Part shown: piece after piece, positions 17,226-26,795 of the stretch
Numbering within the stretch: position 1 is the first letter of the stretch
Layout of the letters: the number at the start of each line of letters is the position of its first letter
Assembly: GCA_965649295.1 (NCBI GenBank)
Contig: CBFGKH010000005.1
Coordinates: 64,001-128,000 of the forward strand
DNA: 64,000 bases
DNA from: a candidate division WOR-3 bacterium
Lineage (GTDB): Bacteria > Hydrothermota > Tepidihabitantia > Tepidihabitantales > Tepidihabitantaceae
Direction of reading: 5' to 3'
Program-made: the position numbers and the translations under genes
The notes under the pieces: generated by a model
Told to the model about the DNA's origin: nothing
Seen by the model: only the letters and a program-made list of their open reading frames with translations
The model's database searches: none

Positions 17226-20033
17226 ATGAAAGCCAAACTCAATCAGTTTACGGGGGTTCTACCAGCAGTGTTTGTCTTGCTCGGTCTCGCTGGAACTGCC
17301 GTTGCGGCTGAAACTGGGCGTATCCGCGGCCGAGTGTTTGATGCGGCGACTGGTGAGCCGCTGGTCGGTGCAAGTGTTGTGATTGAGGGCACGGACCTCG
17401 GCGCAGCAACTGATGCCAATGGTGAATACCTGATCGTCAATGTGCCGGTCGGGCGAGTAACGCTGGTAGTATCCTACATCAGCTACTCGACGGTCCGTAG
17501 GGCTGACGTTCCGGTTCTGCTTGACCAGACCGTTACCGAGAGTTTCGCTCTGCGGGTGGGTGCAATTCCGATGAACGAGGTTGTTGCCACCTCGCGGCGG
17601 GCAGCGATCGTTAGGACCGACCCGACTACCAGCCGCTATATGGGCAGCGAGGAGATTGCCAAGATGCCGGTGCAGACGCTGGCTGACATCGTTCGGCTCC
17701 AGGCGGGTATTGTCAGCAGTCAGGGATCAGGTCTGGACGCAGGCCTCCATCTGCGCGGTGGTCGGACAAACGAGGTGATGTACTACGTTGATGGTGTTGG
17801 GACATCGGATCCTCTCTACGGTTATCAGGCAGCACGTGTCAATCCTGAGGCGACCGCCGAAGTCGTTGTTATCGCTGGTGGTTTTGACGCCGAATACGGT
17901 GAGGCAATGTCTGGCATCATTCAAGTAATAACTAAGGAGGGTAAGGACGTCTTCTCGGGCCGACTTGGTTACACGACCGACGAGTTTCTCCCGAACGCGC
18001 TGAATTTCGGCGACAACCGGCTCGAACTCTCATTGGGTGGTCCCTTTCCCGCAATTCGAAGACTGCGGTACTTCCTGTCGGGCGAGCTATACGCTACTGA
18101 TGATTACAACCCGATGCGATATCGGTTAAAGCACCAGCAGCGCGAGGACTACAAGTTGACTGGCAAGCTGACCTACTCGCTTCCGATCAATCAGGGGCTA
18201 CGGCTTAGTGCTGACGGTTTTCTCGCTCGCGAACAATATGAACTCTATCCTTATGTCAGGGATGACGAGAACCATCTCGGATTCAAGTACAATTTGGACC
18301 ACTTTCTGTCGCGTCGCGAGAAAGTGGTCAAGATTGGCATTTCCGCTAACCATATGCTGACGCGTCAAACCTACTACACTGCCAGGTTGGGGTACTTCTT
18401 CAATGAGCGAGTTCAGGCGGTCAGGGATTTGGAGCGAGAGGCTACCGCGCCGCGGGGATTCTTTGGTGACTATATCTTCAAGGCAGAAGATACGGTTCGT
18501 AAGGATCCTTCAGTGCTTTACCGACGAATGCCAGACTACGTCGAGCAGGCCAAGGACAACACTAACAACCCATTTGGTGTCTTCAACCTCTTCTACGGCA
18601 AGGGCGATTATCGTGGTTTCCTGCTGCACTGGTCTGATGTTACCACTTTGAAGGGCGATATCACTCATAACATCGGCAAGGTACACGAACTGAAGACGGG
18701 CGCTGAGGTGAGGCTAAACGGCCTTCATCGGCGTTATAACTCACTGCCATGGACTGACGACCCATTTGTCGATTCCTATGACTACTACCCGACAAATGTT
18801 GCTTTCTTTGCTCAAGATAGGATGGACTTCGAGGACCTGGTCGTCCGCGCCGGCTTGCGGCTCGACTATCTGGATCCGGCGGCAATGAAGCGTGCTAACC
18901 CCACTGATATCGGTGATACGAGTATGGTGGCGGCAAAGACGAAGCTGAAGCTATCGCCGCGGCTGGGCGTTTCTTTTCCAATCACCACCAGTACCAAGTT
19001 CCGTTTCAGCTATGGCCACTTCTATCAGACGCCTGCCTATCGTTTTCTCTACGATAATATATCTTCGGCTGCCTACACGCGCGGAAACCAGATTATTGGC
19101 AATCCGGACCTGCAAGCACAACAGACCGTTGCCTATGAACTCGGGTTGGAGCAACAGGTAACCGAATTGGTTATCGCTGATTTCACCGCCTATTACAAAG
19201 ATGTGTTCGACTTACTGGGAACACGCTATCAGCCTGCGGTTCCCCTTGGTTACTATCCGCTGGTCAATGAGGAATACGGTAGTGTGCGCGGTTTTGAGGT
19301 GGGCCTGCAGAAGCTGCTGGCCAACTACTGGAATGCGCGAGTTTCCTATGGTCTGTCACTTGCTCGCGGCACTGCGTCGTCAACCTATGAGTGGTACTAC
19401 GAGCGTTACCGCTACGGAACTGACCCGGTCACTGGTCAACAGATGGAGCCGCCGCGTCGAGACTATGCTCTGGAATTCGATGAGCGGCATAACGCAAAGG
19501 TGTCAGTTGGGCTTGATTTGCCGTCTGACTTTGGTTTTGCACCGTTGCGCGACCTCTCTGGTTCCATCTTGTTCAATTATGGCTCGGGGCTTCCTTACAC
19601 GCCGCTAGAAGTACGCAAGCTCAACTCCGGACGCCCGACCGGCGAACGCAATTCGGCGAGGATGCCGCCGCGTTTCCAAGCCGACTTGAATGCCGCGAAG
19701 TTCGTTCCAATCGGGCGCTTGCGGCTGGGACTGAATCTGACCGTCATTAATCTGATGGGAACTGAGAACGTCGAATGGGTTTACGGCGCGACGGGACTGC
19801 CTGACGATGATGGTTATGCCGCGACTCTCTCGCCCGCCAATTGGGCGGTAGGTTCGCGTATCACGAGCCTTTCAAGTCAATACCACCCTGCGCGGGACCG
19901 AAATCACGATGGCTACATCAGTGCGGAAGAGGAGTATGTTAGTTACAAGGTTGCCTACCTCGACTTTGTCAACAATCCAATGAATTTCGGCCCACCGCGT
20001 CAGGTTAAGGTCGGTATTACCTTAGAGTTCTAG
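17226..20033 (+). CDS. TonB-dependent receptor with N-terminal carboxypeptidase-regulatory-like domain
   Basis: GRIRGRVFDAATGEPLVGASV N-domain; plug LHLRGGR..YYVDG, GGFDAEYG; LSPRLGVSFP; C-terminal PRQVKVGITLEF; ATG 17226 after GGAGG. Confidence 0.92.
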   Translation: MKAKLNQFTGVLPAVFVLLGLAGTAVAAETGRIRGRVFDAATGEPLVGASVVIEGTDLGAATDANGEYLIVNVPVGRVTLVVSYISYSTVRRADVPVLLDQTVTESFALRVGAIPMNEVVATSRRAAIVRTDPTTSRYMGSEEIAKMPVQTLADIVRLQAGIVSSQGSGLDAGLHLRGGRTNEVMYYVDGVGTSDPLYGYQAARVNPEATAEVVVIAGGFDAEYGEAMSGIIQVITKEGKDVFSGRLGYTTDEFLPNALNFGDNRLELSLGGPFPAIRRLRYFLSGELYATDDYNPMRYRLKHQQREDYKLTGKLTYSLPINQGLRLSADGFLAREQYELYPYVRDDENHLGFKYNLDHFLSRREKVVKIGISANHMLTRQTYYTARLGYFFNERVQAVRDLEREATAPRGFFGDYIFKAEDTVRKDPSVLYRRMPDYVEQAKDNTNNPFGVFNLFYGKGDYRGFLLHWSDVTTLKGDITHNIGKVHELKTGAEVRLNGLHRRYNSLPWTDDPFVDSYDYYPTNVAFFAQDRMDFEDLVVRAGLRLDYLDPAAMKRANPTDIGDTSMVAAKTKLKLSPRLGVSFPITTSTKFRFSYGHFYQTPAYRFLYDNISSAAYTRGNQIIGNPDLQAQQTVAYELGLEQQVTELVIADFTAYYKDVFDLLGTRYQPAVPLGYYPLVNEEYGSVRGFEVGLQKLLANYWNARVSYGLSLARGTASSTYEWYYERYRYGTDPVTGQQMEPPRRDYALEFDERHNAKVSVGLDLPSDFGFAPLRDLSGSILFNYGSGLPYTPLEVRKLNSGRPTGERNSARMPPRFQADLNAAKFVPIGRLRLGLNLTVINLMGTENVEWVYGATGLPDDDGYAATLSPANWAVGSRITSLSSQYHPARDRNHDGYISAEEEYVSYKVAYLDFVNNPMNFGPPRQVKVGITLEF

Positions 20034-20042
20034 GGAGGCGAG

Positions 20043-23000
20043 ATGAGAGTTAGCAGAATGGCTGCTCACCGGCAGATTCTATCACTCGCGCTGATAGTTG
20101 GATTGGCGAGCATAGCTACCGCACGGACTGCCGGTAACCCGTGGCGACCACCAAGGGTATTGGACTATCGTTCGTATCAGAAGAACCAGTGGCGGTTACC
20201 GATCACGAACTACGGAACATTCGGTTACGGTGTGAACGAGGGTGGCGGCGAGTGGCCCGCAGGCTCAGGAGACATCTACATTTACGGTGCCGGTATCTGG
20301 ATTGGTTCGCTTCGTCGTTCGACTGCTGGTCGCGATACGCTTGTCACCTTCGGTTACAACCCGAACTCGGGGGCGACAGAAATGTCGCCGGGCGCTTACG
20401 ACAATGCGCCAGGTGGTTATGCCGGCCGCGACTTTGAGCGAGTGTATGTGTACCCCAATGACTGGCCACCGAACCCGCTTGACTTTCCCAGCGCGTTGCA
20501 GGACTCAGTCGCGACCTATTTGCGTTTGCCACCAAATCTCGACGACACCATTTACTTCTATTTCGTTCCGCGTGCGGCAGTCTCATCGGGTGATGCTTGG
20601 GCGGTGTACAATGACAGAGATCCCGCTCGGCACGTCGCTGGACGAACACCACGCCCGCTGGGAATCGAGGTATATCAGAGCATATACTCCTGGACGCTGC
20701 CCTGGAACAAGGATATCGTCTTTTTCAAACTTGACATCAGAAACCGATCGGCTGACACACTACGTGATGTCTATCTTGGGATGGTTTGTGACCCCGATGT
20801 CGGCCAGGCCCAGGATGACCGTGCTGGGCTTTGCCTTGCTAAATACGTCTATAAGGACGACGCCAGGTCGGACTCAGTTTATGCTGACAATCTCGGTTAC
20901 GTCTGGAGCACAGAACCATCACCAGCCGGATTTGTTGGGTTCGACTTTCTCCAAAGTCCATTTTGGCGCGACCAGAATGGCAGGATGCGAGAAGTTGCTC
21001 CGAAACCAGGAAACGACAGCATCTATCCCAACGGCCGAGATGACAACGACAACGGCTTGGTTGATGAACCGGCAGAGGGCCGACAGCTAGGAATGACCGC
21101 GTTCAAGATTTTCGCACTCTCAAATGACCCAACGACCGATGCAAAACAATACCAGGCCCTGGCTGGTTACGACTGGAATCAGTCACCGCCGGTTTATAAC
21201 CCATACGATTCGACTGATGCTGCTCCCGATGACAAACGATTCTTGCAGGCGACTGGGCCAGTGAGTCTCGCACCGGGCGAGATGACGACCGTGACCATTG
21301 CCGTTATTGGTGCTGTTGCCGATAGAACTGGCAGTCCTAGCACTTGGCCCTACTACCTTGCTCTTGCCTCACGAGCAGCACAGAATGCCTACGATAACAA
21401 CTGGATAATGCCTGAACCGCCACCAAGCCCGAACCTGACGACAATTCCTGGCGACGGCAGGGTGACGTTAGTCTGGGATGACCTACCCGAAAGTGCCAGG
21501 GACCGTTTCTATCCCTTGGCCCCGTCGCTCAACAGCCCCTTCTACCGCGAACAGGACTTCCAGGGCTACAAGGTCTATCGTAGTCGTACTGGTCAACCTG
21601 GTTCTTGGCAGCTTCTTGCTCAGTATGATCGCGCCGACGGGATTGTCTGGCAGGATACGAGTGTAGTCGAGTCGCTACGCACCAAGGCGACTGATGTCGG
21701 ACTGGCCTACAGTCTTGTTGACTCGAGCAGCTTGAGATTGGGCTTCCCGTACTACTACGCCGTGACCTCCTTCGATATCAACTTTCTTGGTGTTGATACA
21801 GTGGGCTCAGTTACTGTTCCGCGCGAGACGCTGTCGCTTGAATCAGGTCAGAGTGCAGTTCGAGCCGTACCCCGCACGCAACCAGCCAACTACATCGCCC
21901 CCGCGACTGAGGTCGTTCAGGTAGCTGGCAGTGATCGTCAGAATCGAATCCTCACCTTTGAGCCGTTGGCCTTGATTCCTCATGCCGTCAGGGATGATAC
22001 TTTCCGATTCCGTTTCCTGCCTGCTGTGTATGATTCGGTCCAACGCGCTCCGCGCTATCGGTTTTCCGTCACCAATGCCGCCGGCGAAACCATCGTGCCA
22101 CTTCAGCAGACAACGGTTATAATCAGCGATACTGCTACTGACACGCGGCGTTTTGTGCCGACACGATTTGACTCGGTGATTACCTTCCTCAAGGAGGAGA
22201 CGGTACTGGTCGTGCGGGAAGGCGTACAGGTAGAGTCGGTTTACACCGAAACAACCAAAGCCTGGCTGCCAGTTGCGCAGGTGACCGTGACGCTGCGGAT
22301 GCGTCAGATACCGACACAGTTCTTCGACCGGGTTGTCGTCAGTGGTCGCTATCCGCGGGACTCGGTGCAGTTACGTGATGACGGAGCGTCGTCGAAGGTG
22401 CTCTGGGCATACCGTGGCTCAAACTATCGTATCGTTTGGCGTGAAAAGGGCGGTGGCAGTAGTGCGCTGACTTGTGACGTTTACGACATTGACAATGATG
22501 TGGCAGTGCCTTACGGCGGCTTGCCGAGTATGTCGCCAGCAGAATCGATCGTCCGAGACCGCGCCAACGGCTGGTCGTTTCAGACAGCGACCGCGGGCGC
22601 CGACACGCTGCTGCCTGGTCAGACGCGATTCTTCTACATCTGCGGCTGTCGTTTTCAGTTCCGTCCCGGTGCTCGGCCGATAATTGACACGGTCCTGCCG
22701 GCGCCAGGCGATACTTGGCTGGTCTACAACAAGGACCTGAACCCTGCGCCCGTTTATGCGGCTTTCGACGTTGTTTTCCGCAAGATGGCTTATGCTGATA
22801 CGGCCCAGCGATTGAATGTTAAGGTCGTCCCCAATCCCTACCTGGTCCGTAACGAATGGGAGCGACACCGGGATTTTCGAAAGCTGAAGTTCATCAATTT
22901 GCCAGACCACTGCACGATTCGGATCTATAATCTTGCCGGCGATTTGGTTCGTACACTGACTCACGATGCCACGAGTCCGGCTGTTGGTGGCCAACCCAAC

Positions 23001-23129
23001 CAGTACGGTGGTGATGAGGATTGGGACCTGCTCAACGAAAGCCGGCAGAAGCCGGCGCCCGGAGTATACATCTTCCACGTCCAGTCAGAGCAGGGTAGCC
23101 AGACCGGCAAGTTCGTTCTCATATTCTAG
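20043..23129 (+). CDS. large exported protein (Ca-binding motif, FN3-like module) with variant T9SS/FlgD-like C-terminal sorting domain
   Basis: signal peptide; WPAGSG..IYGAGIWIG; PPPSPNL..GDGRVTLVWD..FQGYKVYRS..YYYAVTSFD; KVVPNPY..IRIYNLAGDLVRTL..WDL..GVYIFHV..KFVLIF. Confidence 0.8.
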   Translation: MRVSRMAAHRQILSLALIVGLASIATARTAGNPWRPPRVLDYRSYQKNQWRLPITNYGTFGYGVNEGGGEWPAGSGDIYIYGAGIWIGSLRRSTAGRDTLVTFGYNPNSGATEMSPGAYDNAPGGYAGRDFERVYVYPNDWPPNPLDFPSALQDSVATYLRLPPNLDDTIYFYFVPRAAVSSGDAWAVYNDRDPARHVAGRTPRPLGIEVYQSIYSWTLPWNKDIVFFKLDIRNRSADTLRDVYLGMVCDPDVGQAQDDRAGLCLAKYVYKDDARSDSVYADNLGYVWSTEPSPAGFVGFDFLQSPFWRDQNGRMREVAPKPGNDSIYPNGRDDNDNGLVDEPAEGRQLGMTAFKIFALSNDPTTDAKQYQALAGYDWNQSPPVYNPYDSTDAAPDDKRFLQATGPVSLAPGEMTTVTIAVIGAVADRTGSPSTWPYYLALASRAAQNAYDNNWIMPEPPPSPNLTTIPGDGRVTLVWDDLPESARDRFYPLAPSLNSPFYREQDFQGYKVYRSRTGQPGSWQLLAQYDRADGIVWQDTSVVESLRTKATDVGLAYSLVDSSSLRLGFPYYYAVTSFDINFLGVDTVGSVTVPRETLSLESGQSAVRAVPRTQPANYIAPATEVVQVAGSDRQNRILTFEPLALIPHAVRDDTFRFRFLPAVYDSVQRAPRYRFSVTNAAGETIVPLQQTTVIISDTATDTRRFVPTRFDSVITFLKEETVLVVREGVQVESVYTETTKAWLPVAQVTVTLRMRQIPTQFFDRVVVSGRYPRDSVQLRDDGASSKVLWAYRGSNYRIVWREKGGGSSALTCDVYDIDNDVAVPYGGLPSMSPAESIVRDRANGWSFQTATAGADTLLPGQTRFFYICGCRFQFRPGARPIIDTVLPAPGDTWLVYNKDLNPAPVYAAFDVVFRKMAYADTAQRLNVKVVPNPYLVRNEWERHRDFRKLKFINLPDHCTIRIYNLAGDLVRTLTHDATSPAVGGQPNQYGGDEDWDLLNESRQKPAPGVYIFHVQSEQGSQTGKFVLIF

Positions 23130-23138
23130 GAGGCGGCC

Positions 23139-24206
23139 ATGAAACTGATCAGAAACTGTTTGTTACCGAGGACCAGTCGTTGTTGCCAGGGGGTAGTAAC
23201 AGCCTTGCTTTTGGCCTTGTTTGTTGCTCCGGCTGAGGCAGCCTTTACCAAGATCGGTATGGCCGGTATGCCGTTCCTCAAGATTGGTGTTGGCCGCTGC
23301 GCTGGAATGGGCGACGCGTTCGTTGCGATTGCTGATGATGCGTCAGCTGCATACTGGAATCCTGCCGGGCTAGCCCTGATCCAGAGCCGTCAGGCTGTAT
23401 TCAATCATGTCGATTGGCTTGCCGATATCAACCACGAGTTTATCGCGCTTGTAATGCCTACCACGGCTGGAAGCTTTGGGGCGGCAGTGACGGCTGTAGA
23501 CCTTGGTCAGTTCGAACAAACAACGATCAACGAACCCCAGGGGACAGGCGTCACTTTTCGTGGTTCGGATATTTGCATTGGTGTCAGCTATGCGCGGCAA
23601 TTCACTGACAAGCTGGCGTTCGGCGTCACTGCCAAAGTCCTGTCTGAGCAGATATGGAGTGTTGGCGCAACAGGTGCGGCGTTCGATTTTGGTCTGCTCT
23701 ACAACACAGGCTGGCGCAATCTCCGTTTAGGAATGGCTGTCGCCAATTTTGGCCCGGACATGCATTACTCTGGCGACTTGCTCAACTTTACGCACGACCC
23801 GGCCGATTGGGACTGGCCTTGGACACGAGAGCCTATCCCCGGTACCTATCTGACCGAGTCGTGTGCTTTGCCGGTAGTGTTCCGATTCGGACTCGCTTAT
23901 GACTTCTTGCGCAATGATCATTCCTACCTGACCGCCGCGGCTGACCTCAACCATTTCAACGACGTGAACGAGAAAGTCAATTTCGGCATCGAGTATTACT
24001 ACAATCCACTCTATCTTCGTACCGGCTATGTCCTCAATACAGACTTCGGTTATGCAGGGGACATCGGCTGGTCGTCCGGTCTTTCGGCCGGTGCTGGGTT
24101 CAGGGTCCGGCCCTTGAGCAGATTCGGTATTAGTCTTGACTACGACTATCGAAACGTTGGTCTGCTGGGAGTGTCGCATCGGCTGACGCTGAGCTTCGAT
24201 TTCTAG
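23139..24206 (+). CDS. PorV/PorQ (UPF0164, FadL-like) outer-membrane barrel
   Basis: FLKIGVGR.AGMGDAFVAIADDASAAYWNPAGLA; ends SHRLTLSFDF. Confidence 0.88.
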   Translation: MKLIRNCLLPRTSRCCQGVVTALLLALFVAPAEAAFTKIGMAGMPFLKIGVGRCAGMGDAFVAIADDASAAYWNPAGLALIQSRQAVFNHVDWLADINHEFIALVMPTTAGSFGAAVTAVDLGQFEQTTINEPQGTGVTFRGSDICIGVSYARQFTDKLAFGVTAKVLSEQIWSVGATGAAFDFGLLYNTGWRNLRLGMAVANFGPDMHYSGDLLNFTHDPADWDWPWTREPIPGTYLTESCALPVVFRFGLAYDFLRNDHSYLTAAADLNHFNDVNEKVNFGIEYYYNPLYLRTGYVLNTDFGYAGDIGWSSGLSAGAGFRVRPLSRFGISLDYDYRNVGLLGVSHRLTLSFDF

Positions 24207-24260
24207 CGGCTGCATCGTCTCGTACCCGGTCCCCGATGAGTACATCGGGCCGGGTGCGGT

Positions 24261-24288
24261 TTGACTACGAGCTTCATGGGGCTAGTAT
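24261..24288 (+). promoter_or_regulatory. promoter of tRNA-Sec
   Basis: TTGACT, 16 nt, gcTAGTAT, ending 16 nt before the tRNA. Confidence 0.65.
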
Positions 24289-24304
24289 ATTTTTGGTGTT
24301 CTAC

Positions 24305-24399
24305 GGAGGCGTATGGGTGCTGGTGTGCCTGGCGGACTTCAAATCCGTGTGGTCTGCGATAAGTGGACCGGTAGGTTCGATTCCTACACGCCTCCGCCA
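24305..24399 (+). tRNA. selC: tRNA-Sec (anticodon TCA)
   Basis: 8-bp acceptor GGAGGCGT/ACGCCTCC, anticodon arm GCGGA-CTTCAAA-TCCGT, long variable arm GGTC..GACC, T arm GTAGG-TTCGATT-CCTAC, GCCA end; 95 nt. Confidence 0.96.
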
Positions 24400-24428
24400 G
24401 TTCTCGTAACAAACAGACGAAGGAAAGA

Positions 24429-25382
24429 TTGAAAAGACTAGTCGGCGGCGTAGCGTTGATCTTGGCTCTCGATGCTGCTCGAGGAGCGGTGCAGCTCGCT
24501 CAGGAGAGACTTAGTCTCGACGGCTGGATACGCGGAGCTGCGCATTACTGGTTCATCAGCAGTGGCGGACTAACGAGCAGTGAGTTCGTGTTCGAGCCGA
24601 CTGATTGCGCGGTAGGGATGGTTGGGCGTCTGAATGAACGGGTGTCGATGCGAGTTTCAGCCGGCCTCAATTCCTACGGCGCATTCTGGCTCCAGGACGC
24701 CTGCGTACGGTTTGAATGGAACGGTGGTTGGGGTCTGACAGCTGGTCAGTTTCTTGTACCAGTCAGTCTTGATGCATCGCTACTGCCCGAGGACTACCCG
24801 CTCCAATTCAACGGTGCGCTCCACACTGGCTACGTGAAGCCAGCGGGACTCTACGACGTTGGCTTAATGGGAGAGTACCGTAGTTGCCGACTTCAGGCGA
24901 TGGTCGGTGTGGTCAATGGCCTTGGCAAGGATGCTTGGTGGGGGGATAATCGCTTTCGCAAGGACCTCTGCGGTCGAGTGATTGGACAGCCGTTCTTAGC
25001 GGCTCCTTGGTTTGGTGCTCGGTTATATCGAGCGCTCGAAGCGGATGGTCAGGCTTGGTTAACGTGGGGTATCGAAGCCACCCACGATGTCGGGCCATTG
25101 CGACTCGCGGCCGAGTACCACAATCACATCTCGCGTAATGCCCATCACAACTCGGCTTACGTTCAAGGTCTCTACTGTATTGGTCGTTTCGAACCGGGTT
25201 TGCGGCTTGAAACGATAGTTCCCGCGGGTAAACGGCCCGAGTACAACATTACAGTCGGGTCGTCTTTTCAACCCTATCAAGGTCTGCCCGTCAAGACGGC
25301 AATACATTACTCATTACACGGCAGCCTTGAAGGTCGCTGGTCTGTCGGTGAAGTTCTTGTAAGGCTACTAACTAGCCTCTAG
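24429..25382 (+). CDS. putative porin (OprO/OprP-like anion-selective porin family)
   Basis: signal peptide; LQDA.V, LTAGQF.VP, YDVGLM, GVVNG.G...DN..KD..GR; alternating beta-strand pattern. Confidence 0.65.
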   Translation: MKRLVGGVALILALDAARGAVQLAQERLSLDGWIRGAAHYWFISSGGLTSSEFVFEPTDCAVGMVGRLNERVSMRVSAGLNSYGAFWLQDACVRFEWNGGWGLTAGQFLVPVSLDASLLPEDYPLQFNGALHTGYVKPAGLYDVGLMGEYRSCRLQAMVGVVNGLGKDAWWGDNRFRKDLCGRVIGQPFLAAPWFGARLYRALEADGQAWLTWGIEATHDVGPLRLAAEYHNHISRNAHHNSAYVQGLYCIGRFEPGLRLETIVPAGKRPEYNITVGSSFQPYQGLPVKTAIHYSLHGSLEGRWSVGEVLVRLLTSL

Positions 25383-26083
25383 CGGCCGATAGGCCGGCGC
25401 GCTCGGTTCAGCTCTGCATCGGTACGGCGCAAATAGATGGGTTCAAGGCTCTGGGCGTCCTCGGGTCCTGATCTGGCCAAGACCTTTTTGGCGATCGCTG
25501 CCACGGCAACTGCTGTTGGATAGCGGATTCCAGTATCTAACGCATCAATTTCAGTTGCCGCAAGAGTTTCAAGACAGAGCGGGACACCGGAGCCGGCGAG
25601 AGCGATGCCAGATTTCAGGGAGGAGACAAGCTGGCGTAGTAGCCCAGGAACCAAAGAAGTCGCTAGGACCCGCGGTGCCAGTAATTCCTCGTCATCGGCA
25701 TATAGGGCGGTGTAAACCTCATCCTTGCGGGCGTCAATCAGAGCGAGTACTGGCACATCCGCAGAGGCGGTTGCCGCAAGAGCTGGCAGAGTTCCAACAC
25801 CGATTGCCGGGACGTCGAGAGCCGCTGCCAGACCTTTAGCAGTACTGAGCCCGACCCGAAGTGATGTGAACATTCCTGGGCCAATGCTGACGCCGACGGC
25901 CTCGATATCCTGTAATGAGGCGTCGGCCTCGTTCAGAAGCTTTCTCAACAGCGGCAGAACAACTTCGTTGTGGGTACTGCCACTTGCCAGCGTCTGCATG
26001 CGCACCTGCTGGTGCCGTACAATGGCGAGACTCGTATGGGTGCCACTTGTCTCAATGCCCAGGATGTAGCTATCTGTTTTCAA
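25379..26083 (-). CDS. tsaB: tRNA threonylcarbamoyladenosine biosynthesis protein TsaB
   Basis: ILGIETS, GPGMFTSLRVG, IDARKDEVY, EPIYLR. Confidence 0.93.
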   Translation of the reverse strand: MKTDSYILGIETSGTHTSLAIVRHQQVRMQTLASGSTHNEVVLPLLRKLLNEADASLQDIEAVGVSIGPGMFTSLRVGLSTAKGLAAALDVPAIGVGTLPALAATASADVPVLALIDARKDEVYTALYADDEELLAPRVLATSLVPGLLRQLVSSLKSGIALAGSGVPLCLETLAATEIDALDTGIRYPTAVAVAAIAKKVLARSGPEDAQSLEPIYLRRTDAELNRARRPIGR

Positions 26084-26795
26084 AATTGAGTTCGTAAATT
26101 GCGGCTAGGCCGAATGATGATAGATCTGGGTTAATGGTAGCTGTGGTAGTTAGCAATGGGGCGAACCTAGCCGCGCGGCCGCCAGTAAGTATGACATTGT
26201 AGCTCCGAGCGGTACTATCTTTGACCTGATTGATGATTCTCTCCACGGCCGCAACGACAGCATTAACCACGCCAGCGTTGATGGCTGTGGTTGTCGAGCA
26301 GGGCAGGCTGGGGGTTCTTAGGTGCAGGTTGACCCGCGGCAGCTGAGCCGTGGTTTGTTGGAGCAGTTCGAGCATGGCGTCCGGCCCTGGCAGGATGTAG
26401 CCACCGATAAAGACACCTTCGGCCGCAACCACGTTCACGGTGATGGCAGTGCCGAAGTCAACAACGATGACGTCGCTGTTGGACTTGCGCCAGGCGCCAA
26501 CTGCCGCGCACACCCGATCGGCGCCTAGTTCGCTGCGGCGGTAGCGAAACAGCATTCCCGTGCGAGTTCGGGGAGTTACGATGAGCGGCGAACTGATGCC
26601 GAGCTGCTCTAGCTCGGTCATCCAACGTGGTGTCGCTTCTGGAACAACCGAGGCGATTGCTGCACCAGTCAGGTATCCGGGTCTGTCGAGATGCGGTGCT
26701 TCCGTTGTCCGGTGTATCTCACGACGGACAATCTTCTTGCCAGCGAACCAGCAGAGGCGCGTGTTGGTGTTACCGATAATGACGGTAAGAATCAC
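26070..26795 (-). CDS. coaX: type III pantothenate kinase
   Basis: IGNTN, LGADR, VDFGTAIT, GGYILPG, LTGG. Confidence 0.92.
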   Translation of the reverse strand: MILTVIIGNTNTRLCWFAGKKIVRREIHRTTEAPHLDRPGYLTGAAIASVVPEATPRWMTELEQLGISSPLIVTPRTRTGMLFRYRRSELGADRVCAAVGAWRKSNSDVIVVDFGTAITVNVVAAEGVFIGGYILPGPDAMLELLQQTTAQLPRVNLHLRTPSLPCSTTTAINAGVVNAVVAAVERIINQVKDSTARSYNVILTGGRAARFAPLLTTTATINPDLSSFGLAAIYELNFENR

